A stretch of 64,000 nt of DNA from Candidatus Sumerlaeaceae bacterium (GTDB lineage Bacteria; Sumerlaeota; Sumerlaeia; Sumerlaeales; Sumerlaeaceae). Within the stretch, counting starts at the first letter, position 1. Every line of letters begins with the position of its first letter. The notes below the pieces were generated by a model. The model was not told where the DNA came from, did not search any database, and was given only the letters and a program-made list of their open reading frames with translations. This document shows, in pieces, positions 10,328-20,522 of the stretch. The position numbers and the translations under genes are program-made. Where the stretch lies: assembly GCA_049968255.1 (NCBI GenBank), contig JBMFRB010000004.1, positions 160,001 through 224,000 of the forward strand, given 5' to 3'.

Positions 10328-11242
10328 TCACTCCAACTCTTCATGTCGCCTGGCGAAAGCGAGCGCCACTTCACACGTCCCCACGTGAATGTCCACAGTA
10401 TCGCTGACTTTGCGTGCGTAGCCGCCGGCCAGCACCACCAATACCGGGATTCCGCGAAGCCTCGCTTCACCTATCGCTAAATGATCGCGCTCGCGCAGAC
10501 CTTCTTTTGTGAGGCGCAAAGCCCCAAGCTGATCATCGTAATAAGGATCAGCTCCCGCCACGTACACGAGAAGCTCAGGTCTATGGCGTTCAATGGCTGG
10601 CAGCATTGCGTTGCGCAACGCGTCGAGATATTCGCGATCGCCTGCAAAATCCTCCAGGCCGATATCGCAGTCCGAGCGTTGTTTCAGAGGATAATTGTTT
10701 TCCTGGTGAATGGAGAGCGTGAACACGCTCGCATCATGTTCGAAGATGTGTGCGGTTCCGTTGCCCTGGTGGAGGTCACAATCCACCACCATGGCGCGAC
10801 GAATGCGCCCCTCTCTCTGCATCACGCGGATAGCGACCGCTATGTCATTGATATAGCAAAAGCCCTCCGCACGCGCAGCGAACGCATGGTGGAATCCACC
10901 GCCGAGATGCACGCACAGATGCGGCGGGTCCGCGAGCGCAATACGCGCCCCAAGGATCGAACCACCCGCAGCGAGTTTATAGGCGTGCATAATGGGACGC
11001 GTGAGGGGCAGTTCGCTGTAGCGCGTGCGTTCAGTCCATCGGAGATTTTCAAGGTCCTGCAGGTATTCTGCCGTGTGGACGCTCAACAATTGCTCGCGTG
11101 TGGCTGGTTCGGGCTCGAGGAAATCGTCTGGCGAAGCAAGCCCCCGCGCCAGCAGCTCGTCACGAATCAGACGATACTTTGACGTCGGAAAGACGTGCGG
11201 CCCAATATCGACCTCATACTGCGGTGAGAAAATGAATCTCAT
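10328..11242 (-). CDS. Histone deacetylase family (HDAC11/class IV-like) deacylase
   Basis: H.FP..KY, GGFHHA, GFCYINDI, DCDLHQGNGT, AGADP..D.LG and GGY motifs. Confidence 0.9.
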   Translation of the reverse strand: MRFIFSPQYEVDIGPHVFPTSKYRLIRDELLARGLASPDDFLEPEPATREQLLSVHTAEYLQDLENLRWTERTRYSELPLTRPIMHAYKLAAGGSILGARIALADPPHLCVHLGGGFHHAFAARAEGFCYINDIAVAIRVMQREGRIRRAMVVDCDLHQGNGTAHIFEHDASVFTLSIHQENNYPLKQRSDCDIGLEDFAGDREYLDALRNAMLPAIERHRPELLVYVAGADPYYDDQLGALRLTKEGLRERDHLAIGEARLRGIPVLVVLAGGYARKVSDTVDIHVGTCEVALAFARRHEELE

Positions 11243-11378
11243 GCGCCTTTTTTGCCCGAACGGCCATTGACGCTGCAACTGTGTTTCGCGCACGTGAAGA
11301 GTATTGACATCCAGAGGCTAACCCCGCAGTAAAGCGGTTCTCTGATGTTGTCACTTGATCTTTCGCGGTAGGTGTAAA

Positions 11379-12632
11379 ATGGCTAAAGCGATCATCTGCA
11401 CGGTCGGGACGGTGTTTGAAGGACGCGAGAACATCCTCAGTGTCCTAGCCGACGAAATCAAGCGCCTCGAACCCGCCTATGTTGCCTTCATCGTTTCGAA
11501 AGAAAGTCGCAATGCTGCAGAGAAAATTGCAGCAAAGGCAGGGCTGTCGGAGAATTCTGTCACATATGTAGCGCTCGAAACGCCTCACGACCTGAACGAA
11601 GTTTTTGCTCGCACGAACGAAACCATTCGCCACCTGCTGGCCGCTGGCTTTTCGCATGCGGACATATCGCTCAACTACACGAGCGGAACCAAGGTTATGG
11701 GCAGCGGCGCAGTTCTTGCCGCAGTGTTCAACCAATGTTCCGAACTGCGCTACATTTACGAAGGGGGAGCCGAAGGCGATCGTGTCATCATCACCCGTCC
11801 GTTGGCAGTCAGCGCCTACCGCGATCTGCTCTTGGCAAGCCGCCTGATCGAAGAATTGCGGTTCCAGTCGGCATCGGACCTCCTCGGGCGCATTGACGCA
11901 TCGCTTCTTTCTGCCTATGATGTCACGGTACTCAATTCACTCAGAAAGATCGCTGAGGCCTACAATGCTTGGGACACTTTCAATCCGGCGCATTTTGTCG
12001 CTGTCATGAGCGATCTTCCTTCGTCCGTAGACGCGTGCAAAAAATTCATGGTAGATTCTGGTACACTCGGGCTGCTAGCCCAGCTCGCGAGCGATCTCTC
12101 CCAGGAAAATTACTCGCCCCTGATCTTTGCCGACATGGTGAACAATGCAGTGCGCCGCATGCTCGAAGGCAAATATGACGACGCTGTCGCCCGCCTTTAC
12201 CGTGCCCTCGAAATGCTCGCGCAGTGTGTGCTCCGACGTTACGGAATCAACACCGACGATGTGGACACTCGCAAAATCCCGCCTCGTTATCGCGTCAACT
12301 TCGAAGCATTGCGTTCGATGGACGACGGAATGGTACGCATCGGCATGCGCAAGGCCTATGAGTTGTTAGCGATTCTGGAAGCGCCGCTCGGCTTGCGTTT
12401 TCAAAGCATGAAGGAGCTCCTGCCACTCCTTCAGTCGCGCTCAAAATCCATTCTCGCTCACGGCACCAGCCGGATTGCCAAGAGCGATAGCGAGCAATTC
12501 CTCTCGCATGCGCTCGACCTCTTCACGAGCGAGATTCCCGACTTTTGCAACATATGCCACAACCTGCAATTCCCGTGGCTACGTGGCAATTACGAGTGCT
12601 CGATGATCCTAAATCGTGCATCCCAGGCGTGA
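11379..12632 (+). CDS. CARF + HEPN protein (TIGR02710-like CRISPR-associated family)
   Basis: TVG strand, NYTSGTKVM CARF motif, YDDAVARLYRALE, RSKSILAHG HEPN-like motif and C-terminal FPWL. Confidence 0.8.
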   Translation: MAKAIICTVGTVFEGRENILSVLADEIKRLEPAYVAFIVSKESRNAAEKIAAKAGLSENSVTYVALETPHDLNEVFARTNETIRHLLAAGFSHADISLNYTSGTKVMGSGAVLAAVFNQCSELRYIYEGGAEGDRVIITRPLAVSAYRDLLLASRLIEELRFQSASDLLGRIDASLLSAYDVTVLNSLRKIAEAYNAWDTFNPAHFVAVMSDLPSSVDACKKFMVDSGTLGLLAQLASDLSQENYSPLIFADMVNNAVRRMLEGKYDDAVARLYRALEMLAQCVLRRYGINTDDVDTRKIPPRYRVNFEALRSMDDGMVRIGMRKAYELLAILEAPLGLRFQSMKELLPLLQSRSKSILAHGTSRIAKSDSEQFLSHALDLFTSEIPDFCNICHNLQFPWLRGNYECSMILNRASQA

Positions 12633-14015
12633 AGCCAAGGAGGGGGCACACTTTGTCACATCGCCCGCCCCGAGAGTGAGAATCATGTCCCCGGGTTTGG
12701 CGTTCGCAGCGACAAAATCTTCAGCTTTATCCAGCGCCCCCGCGTAAAACGCGGCCGGGTGCCCATGACGCGCAAGACTCTCCAGAATAAGCTCCGACGT
12801 CACTCCTACGATCGGCTCCTCGCTCGCCGGATAGATGTCCGCTAGCACCACAACGTCAGCATGGTCAAAGGCCTTGCCAAATTCATCTGCCAAGGACTGC
12901 GTGCGCGAATAGCGGTGCGGCTGAAACAGTGCCACAATGCGTCCACGATGAGCTGCCCGCGCGGCAGCAAGCGTAGCCCGGATCTCTGTGGGATGATGGG
13001 CGTAATCGTCAACGATCGTGAATTGATCGTTTTTGCCCACGATTTGAAAGCGGCGTCGGACTCCACGGAACTGCTCAAGAGCGTCGATAATCGAGGCCAC
13101 CGGTAGGCCAATTTCAAGGCCAAGCGCAAAGACGGCGAGCGCATTCAGGACATTGTGCTTGCCAGGCACTGACAGCCGGACGCTTCCCAGCTCTTCGTCG
13201 TTGCGGAAAACACTGAATCGGCAAGTCCCCCCTTGCACTTCTTTGATTACGCCGCGTAGCGAAGCTTCTGAAGAAAAACCGTAGCTGGTGACGTTCACAA
13301 CACCATTCCGGATTTTTCCGTGCAAGCCAAAGCCTAAGCTCTCGAGGACCCTGCGAACCCCATCATCATCGCAGCAGGCTATCAAAACTCCGCCCGGCTT
13401 AATGTTTCTCACGTGTGCCCGGAAAACCTCGTAAACCTGGTCGATATTCTCGTAAAAGTCCGTGTGGTCCAACTCAATGTTTGTGATGATAGCAAATTCC
13501 GGGTGAAAATTCACTAACGAGCCGTCACTCTCGTCGGCCTCAGCGACAAACCACTCGCTGCTTCCCCCACGTGCATTGGCTGCTTCCGTGTTAATGGTGC
13601 CGCCAACCGCAAACGAAGGCGCTAACCCTGCCAGCGTTAGCAGTGTCGCCGCCATCGAGGATGTTGTTGTTTTGCCATGGGTTCCCGCCACAGTGATGCC
13701 GCGGCGTGCATCCAAAAGCTCAGCCAGTTTCTCGGATCGGTGACGGATCGGTATTCCTAACCGTCGCGCTTCGATAATCTCTGGGTTCGTTGGCTTGATG
13801 GCGGTGCTCACGACCACTTCAGCTGCGCCGTGCACATTGTCTGCACAGTGCCCGATGAAAATCCTTGCGCCAGCGGATTGAAGACTTTTCGTGTAGGACG
13901 ACTCTTTGATGTCCGAACCGCTAACACGAACCCCCTCCTGCAGCAAAAGCTGAGCAATGCCGCTCATTCCCACACCGCCGATTCCGACGAAATGCACGAA
14001 ACCTTGGTCAGTCAT
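12609..14015 (-). CDS. murC: UDP-N-acetylmuramate--L-alanine ligase
   Basis: GIGGVGMSG, GTHGKTTTS, EADESDGS, DDYAHHPTE and FQPHRYSRT. ATG at 14015 follows GAGG. Confidence 0.95.
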   Translation of the reverse strand: MTDQGFVHFVGIGGVGMSGIAQLLLQEGVRVSGSDIKESSYTKSLQSAGARIFIGHCADNVHGAAEVVVSTAIKPTNPEIIEARRLGIPIRHRSEKLAELLDARRGITVAGTHGKTTTSSMAATLLTLAGLAPSFAVGGTINTEAANARGGSSEWFVAEADESDGSLVNFHPEFAIITNIELDHTDFYENIDQVYEVFRAHVRNIKPGGVLIACCDDDGVRRVLESLGFGLHGKIRNGVVNVTSYGFSSEASLRGVIKEVQGGTCRFSVFRNDEELGSVRLSVPGKHNVLNALAVFALGLEIGLPVASIIDALEQFRGVRRRFQIVGKNDQFTIVDDYAHHPTEIRATLAAARAAHRGRIVALFQPHRYSRTQSLADEFGKAFDHADVVVLADIYPASEEPIVGVTSELILESLARHGHPAAFYAGALDKAEDFVAANAKPGDMILTLGAGDVTKCAPSLASRLGCTI

Positions 14016-14067
14016 ATCATCCTCGTTATCATGTTTGGATGTAAGAACGCGTGGTTCGGCGAGTTTA

Positions 14068-15516
14068 CTATCTCGTTTGGCGGTTTTCGCCACCGAGTGC
14101 CCGTCGGATCAAGGAACTATCGTCGCGAAGGGCAAACAACAGGGTGAGAATGCAACCGCAGAGCACGCCGACTCCCACACGTAAAGTGTCCGGAATCGAC
14201 GTATTCAGCACGATAAGCGGAACAGATGACGCCAAACCGACGATGCTCAACCGAAACAGTGTTCCAAGTCCTAGTTTCACACCGCGGCGTAAGAGCGCAA
14301 CGGAATAGAGAGTTCCGGACACGCACTCGGTCGCGAGGAGCGCCAACGCAGCCCCGTTGAGTCCCCACAGACGAATTCCCACGACATTGAGGCACACGTT
14401 CAGCACGAGTGCAACCATCGCGCGAACCATCACGATTTTTTCTGCATTGAGGCAGATAAGGATATTCGCAGAGATAATTTGATAATAAATAAGCACAAGC
14501 CAGACCCCATAAAACCGAAAGACGGACGATGCCGCGAGATACTCCCGTTTGGCGACCAACTGAATGATCCAGTGAGGCGCAAAGACAAACACCGAGCAAA
14601 GAATCAATGCCATGTATCCCAAATATCGCGTGAGAAACTGATAATAACGCGCAACAAGGGCTCGATCGTTGTGATGGCGCGACAAGAACGGAATGAGAGC
14701 GTTCACCACAGCCGTTGGCAGAAATTGTAGCGCTTCCGGAAGACGCGATGCCGCGTTATAATATCCCACAGCTTGCTCGCCCAACATTTTCGATAACGCA
14801 ATAGTCCCGGTGCTCATGTAAAGCGTCCCAATAATGTTGATAACAGCAAAAGGAATCGACCGCCGAAGCGCCTCGAGGATCCCACGACTATCCCACCGAT
14901 GAAGTAAACTCAGCTGAAGAAACATCGGGATACTCACAGCCAACGCCAAGCACTCGGCACCCGCGGCACCAATATGAACAGCTGCAATTTTGGGCACAGT
15001 CAGATGACCGGCTTGAAGGAGGACAATGAGACCGGCCAAAATCAGGAATCGCCCAAGGACCGAGAAGATCGCGTCAAATTCCATCCGATCATAAGCGCGG
15101 AAGAGAAACTTGAACAACGTCGCAAAGCTATCGAGCACCGTGAACACATAAAAGAAGCCAACAACCGCTAAGGTGGTCCGCGAATAGCCTGCGGCCCAAA
15201 GAATAAGGGCACCGATACACCCCACGGGGACGACCAAAGCCAATCGGAGATTCAGCACATTACCGAAAACGGTCTGAGAACGTTGGCGCTCGCTCCGGCA
15301 GCGGGCTACCTCACGAACGATGTATCCACGGACCCCAAACTCCGTGAAAAGCGCCAACAGAAAACTAAGGCGCAACGCAAGTTGGAAAAGGCCATTCTCT
15401 TCGACGGTGACATGTTTTTGGATTATCACAAGAGTCAAAAGCGACAGGAAGCGGGTGCCGGCTTGGGAAATGGTCAGCGCCGTTGCCCCCTTCAAGTGCT
15501 GTCTGGCTCGGCTCAT
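14068..15516 (-). CDS. Wzx-like polysaccharide flippase (MATE/MOP family)
   Basis: About 12-14 hydrophobic segments, EFG....VRE and VGYYNAA.R patterns. Adjacent to a glycosyltransferase. Confidence 0.8.
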   Translation of the reverse strand: MSRARQHLKGATALTISQAGTRFLSLLTLVIIQKHVTVEENGLFQLALRLSFLLALFTEFGVRGYIVREVARCRSERQRSQTVFGNVLNLRLALVVPVGCIGALILWAAGYSRTTLAVVGFFYVFTVLDSFATLFKFLFRAYDRMEFDAIFSVLGRFLILAGLIVLLQAGHLTVPKIAAVHIGAAGAECLALAVSIPMFLQLSLLHRWDSRGILEALRRSIPFAVINIIGTLYMSTGTIALSKMLGEQAVGYYNAASRLPEALQFLPTAVVNALIPFLSRHHNDRALVARYYQFLTRYLGYMALILCSVFVFAPHWIIQLVAKREYLAASSVFRFYGVWLVLIYYQIISANILICLNAEKIVMVRAMVALVLNVCLNVVGIRLWGLNGAALALLATECVSGTLYSVALLRRGVKLGLGTLFRLSIVGLASSVPLIVLNTSIPDTLRVGVGVLCGCILTLLFALRDDSSLIRRALGGENRQTR

Positions 15517-15519
15517 GTG

Positions 15520-16710
15520 TTAGCGCCTCACAACTGACCGTCGGCAACTCTCTTCGAGAATTTCCGCCAGTCTTTGTGCATGGGTCTCCCAGGAAAACTT
15601 GGCCCCAAAGGCTCTGGCAGCTTGCCCCATTTGTCGTCGTCGCTCAGCATTGTTGACAAGGGCAACGATTGCCCCAGAAAGCGCCTGGAGGTCACCTGGT
15701 TCCACGAGAATCCCCGTCACTCCATCCTGCACGGCTTCAGGTATTCCGCCGAACTTCGTCCCAATACAAGGGAGCCCACAAAACTCGGCCTCGACAAAGG
15801 AAATGCCAAAGCTTTCCAACCATCCTGGCAATGGCTGACTTGGTTGAACATAAACATCTGCAGATTGAAGCACTGCTGCAGTCTGCTCATAGGGAACTCG
15901 CCCTAAAAAGAAAACACGCTTTCCCAAGAGATTTTGGGTTGCGTATTGCTGAAATTCTTTCTCGTCCGGGCCCGAGCCAGCAATCACATACAGCCAGTCG
16001 CCCGTCAGCATATTTCGGCGAGTAATTTCAGTCAGAGCCCGGAGCACTTCGCCAATCCCTTTTTGTCGGCTCAGCCGGCACATGCTCAATAGGACCACGG
16101 TTTCGCAAGGCAGCCCTTGCGCTTCGAGCCATTGCTTGCGAAGCTCTGCGCCATGCTGCTTTGCCAACGGAGCATTGAGCCGCGCCTGGTCAATACCCGG
16201 GTGAATCACTTCGATACGCTTCAATCTATCGAAATGAGATTCTAGGAGACGTTTCGTGTTGTTTGAATTACAAGTCAGTACACTGGCGCCACGCAGCATG
16301 AGCTCAAGAGCGGCACGTCGTGCCCTCGAGGGAAGCTCCGTCAGAATTTCGCTCCCATGGACGTAAATTGCATAGGGTCGCTTACGCCACCAGGCGCTAA
16401 GAGCCATGGGCAGACCAAAACCGCGGTGCGTCGAAGCATAGAAGATGTCCGGAAAGAACTGTTGGGAAGCTTTCCACGCAATTTTCGTGAGCGGAACCAA
16501 GCGTTTCACTGCTCCAGTCTCGATATGATGCGCATTGATCCGGAGCCCAACAGTGGTCTGGCAAACATTTGGCTGCGGCCCAAAATCGATGGTTTCGACC
16601 TGAACCTGATGGCCCAGACGAGCAAGGTTTACGCTTTGCTCGAGCGAAAGCGCAGCGACACCACCCAGATGCGGGGGAAAGTCTGTCGAAAAAAACAAAA
16701 TTCTCATCAC
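15520..16710 (-). CDS. Glycosyltransferase family 4 (PimB-like)
   Basis: DFPP..GG and ESFGISFVEA..CGLP..GGIPEAV.DG.TG motifs. Confidence 0.9.
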   Translation of the reverse strand: MMRILFFSTDFPPHLGGVAALSLEQSVNLARLGHQVQVETIDFGPQPNVCQTTVGLRINAHHIETGAVKRLVPLTKIAWKASQQFFPDIFYASTHRGFGLPMALSAWWRKRPYAIYVHGSEILTELPSRARRAALELMLRGASVLTCNSNNTKRLLESHFDRLKRIEVIHPGIDQARLNAPLAKQHGAELRKQWLEAQGLPCETVVLLSMCRLSRQKGIGEVLRALTEITRRNMLTGDWLYVIAGSGPDEKEFQQYATQNLLGKRVFFLGRVPYEQTAAVLQSADVYVQPSQPLPGWLESFGISFVEAEFCGLPCIGTKFGGIPEAVQDGVTGILVEPGDLQALSGAIVALVNNAERRRQMGQAARAFGAKFSWETHAQRLAEILEESCRRSVVRR

Positions 16711-16763
16711 GACTCTTATGCGGAATCTTGCGGCGTATATGTCAAACCGCTATACGAGCTGCC

Positions 16764-17276
16764 TCAATTTTGGGGCGGTTCATTATTGTGAACCGATGCC
16801 GCGGCGTCGCCGCTCCGGTCAGCCGAAGCCTTCTCTTTAGCGCGGCATTCCTCGAAAGTGTTGCGAATGCGTTGCAATTGATCTTTTTCTGCCGCGAGAA
16901 GTTCGAGCAGCACGGCTCGGATTTCTGGGAAGCCATTTGCTTCAGCAACCCTCTGCTCAAACTCCGTGACTGCTCGCTCCTTGTGCTTGATCAGCAGTTG
17001 CCCTAGGTAATCAAGCCGGAGGTAATTAAGATCCGCAGCACTTTCATCGAAAAGCATGGGATCCGGAATTCCCCCCAGCGCAGCGATGATCCGCGACAGA
17101 AGCTTGGCGTGTTCCCTTTCTTCTCGACGTAGCACGATAAGCAAAGACCAAAGGGGGGCAAAGTGCTCCGGAATATATGGCGACGCATTGGTGATGTATT
17201 CGACGAACGAATAAGTCTTTCGGCTGAGATCGGATTGAAGTCCCTGCAAGAGCTTTTCCTTTGGGTCTTTTGTCAT
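16764..17276 (-). CDS. Ferritin-like four-helix protein
   Basis: EEREH (ExxH) followed by I..LGG.P, and a second E.(K)DQ site. ATG overlaps the nuoN stop (ATGA). Confidence 0.6.
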   Translation of the reverse strand: MTKDPKEKLLQGLQSDLSRKTYSFVEYITNASPYIPEHFAPLWSLLIVLRREEREHAKLLSRIIAALGGIPDPMLFDESAADLNYLRLDYLGQLLIKHKERAVTEFEQRVAEANGFPEIRAVLLELLAAEKDQLQRIRNTFEECRAKEKASADRSGDAAASVHNNEPPQN

Positions 17277-18877
17277 AGGCGTCCTTCCGTGGGGCTCTCC
17301 ATCACTCGGACACGTGTCACGAGATGGGCGCTTATAGGGGTCCCCAAAGCTTGACGTCCCAGCCTCACGCTTTTTTGCGCGAGATCGGTCAACGGCTGCC
17401 AATATAGCTGAATCGCCAAAATGAGTAGCGCGGCAGTTGCCAACGCAATGCGCGCGGCCTTGGATGGTTTGCACGGTGCCAGATCCGCGGATGGTGTGTA
17501 GAATGCCATCAGCCGAATGATGCCGATGTAATAATAGAGCGAGATCACACTATTGGCCAGGGCGATGAGAATGAGGACGTAGTAGAAGCTGGCTATTGGC
17601 GACGTCATGCCGCGCTTGACCAGTGCCATAAACAGAAAGAATTTCCCCATGAAGCCGCCACTGGGTGGCAGGCCAATAAGCGACCACAGCAGCATGGCGA
17701 TGCTGGCAGCCAAAACGGGCGACTCGTGCACCAAACCGCGAAATCCGCCAACGTCGAATGTGCCTCTGTCCGCATGAATCACTTGGGCAGCGAAAAACAA
17801 TCCGAGATTCGCAATAGCATAAACGATAAAGTAAAAAAGAATCGCTTCATAGGCCTCGGTATTGTGTGCAACCACGGCAGCGATCATATAGCCAGCATGC
17901 GCAATGGAGGAGTAGGCGAGCAGTCTCTTGATATCACACTGCCGGAGCGCAACCAAATTGCCCAAGGTCATTGTCAGGATCGCGACAATCCACAGCAGGC
18001 TAAGCAAAGCGAAATGCATCAGCTTGGGAAGGGCATTTTCTCCGTGCGAGAACAACGGAACTCCCAAGAGAGGAGCCGCGAAGCGCAAAAAAAATCCGAA
18101 ACCGGCAGCCTTGGAAACCACCGATAAGTAAGCTGTGACTGGCGTAGGCGATCCCTGGTAGACGTCCGGTGCCCAGAAGTGAAAGGGAACCAAGCCCATT
18201 TTGAAAGCAAATCCTGCCAGCAAGAGCACCATGACAAGCAGGAAGCTCGGCGAAGGTTGGACGGCTATCTTGGCCACATCCTCGAGGTCCAGCGAACCGA
18301 CCATGCCGTACAGCAGGCTCAACCCATAAAGCATAACTCCCGAAGCAACAGCACCAAACAGCACGTACTTGAGCGAGGACTCGACGCTTTCGCGTCGGTT
18401 TTTTGCATAGCCGGCCAGTACGTACGAGCTAAGGGACAAGGTTTCGAAGCTAAGATAAAACAGCACCAAGTTACGACTTGCTACGAGAAAAGACGCTGCC
18501 AGCGTTGCAGTGAGTAGCAGCGCATAATATTCTCCGACGCGCCTGCCGGCCAGTTCCGTGCTTGTGCGTGACGTTGTGACGACCACAAAAGTCGCAATGA
18601 GAAAGAGTAAGGCAAAGAAGAGCGAGAAGGGATCAAGAACCAGCGCGTTCCATCCAAGCACAATGGGCTCGGCAAGAACTTTAGGCCAAAACTTGGTCAA
18701 GGCAGTGGCACTTGCCAAGCAAGCCAGGAGCGCAATCCAACTGACCCGGTGAGATTTCGCGGCGCTCTGGAACCAGTCAACCACGAGCACGAGGATGATT
18801 CCAACCACCAGAATCAGGTGAGGCACCAGAGCATTCAGCCCGCGCAAGGTCTCGGCCACGCTCGTCGCTAGTGACAT
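17273..18877 (-). CDS. nuoN: NADH-quinone oxidoreductase subunit N
   Basis: FK...PFHFWAPDVYQGSPTP and KRLLAYSSIAHAGY motifs. Position in the JKLMN series. Confidence 0.92.
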   Translation of the reverse strand: MSLATSVAETLRGLNALVPHLILVVGIILVLVVDWFQSAAKSHRVSWIALLACLASATALTKFWPKVLAEPIVLGWNALVLDPFSLFFALLFLIATFVVVTTSRTSTELAGRRVGEYYALLLTATLAASFLVASRNLVLFYLSFETLSLSSYVLAGYAKNRRESVESSLKYVLFGAVASGVMLYGLSLLYGMVGSLDLEDVAKIAVQPSPSFLLVMVLLLAGFAFKMGLVPFHFWAPDVYQGSPTPVTAYLSVVSKAAGFGFFLRFAAPLLGVPLFSHGENALPKLMHFALLSLLWIVAILTMTLGNLVALRQCDIKRLLAYSSIAHAGYMIAAVVAHNTEAYEAILFYFIVYAIANLGLFFAAQVIHADRGTFDVGGFRGLVHESPVLAASIAMLLWSLIGLPPSGGFMGKFFLFMALVKRGMTSPIASFYYVLILIALANSVISLYYYIGIIRLMAFYTPSADLAPCKPSKAARIALATAALLILAIQLYWQPLTDLAQKSVRLGRQALGTPISAHLVTRVRVMESPTEGRL

Positions 18878-18897
18878 TGGCGTGGGATTTCCTGAAA

Positions 18898-20520
18898 TCA
18901 CAGTCCTAGCGCTCCTCCTATTTGCTGAGCTGCATCGGCGAGAAGCTTCCCTTGCGACTGCCAAAGCCCTAGCAGCGAGTTCATTGCCGGGGCGAAGACG
19001 TTCAATGCCAAACCGGGGAGAATTCCGAGCAAAATCGCCAGAAAGGCGAGAGGCACAAGCGATGCGTATTCATACCACTGGAGATCTGAGAACCCCGCAT
19101 ATTCCTTCTTCGGTGGTCCTAGATAAACACGCTGAATCGTATAGAGCAAATATGCTGCACCAAGCACGACGCCCAACGAACCGATAATCGTCAGTGTTTT
19201 CATGCTGAGTACCCACTGCCATGCTTGCGGGAATGCTTGGGTGGAATTCGATCGAAAAGCACCGAGGAAGACCATGACCTCGCTGATAAACCCGCTCATG
19301 CCAGGTAACCCCAGCGATGCAAAGAAGCCAATAATGGCCAGCGTAAAATACTTCGGCATGTGAAGGCCGAGCCCGCCAAAGCGCTCGATCTCGCGGTGAT
19401 GGGCACGGTCATAAATAACGCCCACAATGAGAAACATCATCGCGCTCGATAGGCCATGATTGAACATTTGAAAAACCGCTCCATTCATCCCTTCCCCATT
19501 TAAGGCGGCCATTCCCAACAACACGTAGCCCATATGCGAGACGGAGCTGTAAGCCACGAGCTTTTTGAAATCTTTCTGCGCCATTGCGCAAAACGCGCCA
19601 TAGATGATGTTGATAACTCCGAAAAGCGCAATCAGGCCAATGAAATACGCGGTTGAGTCCACGAACATCGGAAAGTTGATCCGGAGAATGCCGTAGCCGC
19701 CTAGCTTCAACAGCACCCCCGCGAGGATGACCGAAATGGCAGTAGGGGCTTCAACGTGGGCATCCGGCAACCATGTATGGAACGGGAACATGGGGATTTT
19801 GATCGCAAAAGCGATAAAGAAGCCGAGCCACAAGAGGTGGGCGATGGTCAGACTATCGCGGAACGGCTGAATTCGGATGAGCTCGGGAATCGAGAAGGTG
19901 TGATATTTCATGTAAATGACGACAATCGCCAGCAGCATCAGCACCGAACCAGCGAGGGTGTACAGGAAGAACTTGATCGCTGCATACTCCTTGCGCGGCC
20001 CACCCCAGATGCCAATGAGAAAGTACATCGGCAGAAGCATGACTTCCCAGAAGACGTAGAAGAGGAAAAGATCGAGTGCCACAAAGACCCCCATCATCCC
20101 CGTGATGAGTAGCATATACATCATGTGGAAGCCTTTGACGCCTTTGTCGATGTTCCATGTTGCAAACACCGCCAGGAACGAAAGGAGCCCCGTGAGAAAC
20201 ACCAAGATCACGCTCAGCCCATCAACGCCGACGTGGTACCATACCGCAAAACTCGGAATCCACGCGTGGCGTTCCTCGAAAAAACTACTTGCGCCAGCAG
20301 GGAATTTCGCTCCAGCCAGCCCAATAAAGCTCGCGCGCATCTCAGCCGGTAAACGATAGAATTCTGCTAACAAGTATGCACTGAGCAAAAAAACCAGGAA
20401 TGATGTGAGCAATGAGATCGCTCGGATGGTGCGGTTGCCCTTGCCACTCGGAATCAAGGCCATAACAGCCAATCCCGCGATCGGCAGGAATACAATCCAA
20501 CTCAACAAGTGCTCAATCAT
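18898..20520 (-). CDS. nuoM: NADH-quinone oxidoreductase subunit M
   Basis: GVDGLS, FWEVML.PMY, PFHTWLPDAHVEAPT and SLGLPG motifs. Confidence 0.95.
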   Translation of the reverse strand: MIEHLLSWIVFLPIAGLAVMALIPSGKGNRTIRAISLLTSFLVFLLSAYLLAEFYRLPAEMRASFIGLAGAKFPAGASSFFEERHAWIPSFAVWYHVGVDGLSVILVFLTGLLSFLAVFATWNIDKGVKGFHMMYMLLITGMMGVFVALDLFLFYVFWEVMLLPMYFLIGIWGGPRKEYAAIKFFLYTLAGSVLMLLAIVVIYMKYHTFSIPELIRIQPFRDSLTIAHLLWLGFFIAFAIKIPMFPFHTWLPDAHVEAPTAISVILAGVLLKLGGYGILRINFPMFVDSTAYFIGLIALFGVINIIYGAFCAMAQKDFKKLVAYSSVSHMGYVLLGMAALNGEGMNGAVFQMFNHGLSSAMMFLIVGVIYDRAHHREIERFGGLGLHMPKYFTLAIIGFFASLGLPGMSGFISEVMVFLGAFRSNSTQAFPQAWQWVLSMKTLTIIGSLGVVLGAAYLLYTIQRVYLGPPKKEYAGFSDLQWYEYASLVPLAFLAILLGILPGLALNVFAPAMNSLLGLWQSQGKLLADAAQQIGGALGL

Positions 20521-20522
20521 CG

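Noticed and set aside
11243-11378. Searched for a CRISPR array or leader near the CARF gene
   Set aside because: No regularly spaced direct repeats here or in any other intergenic region read.
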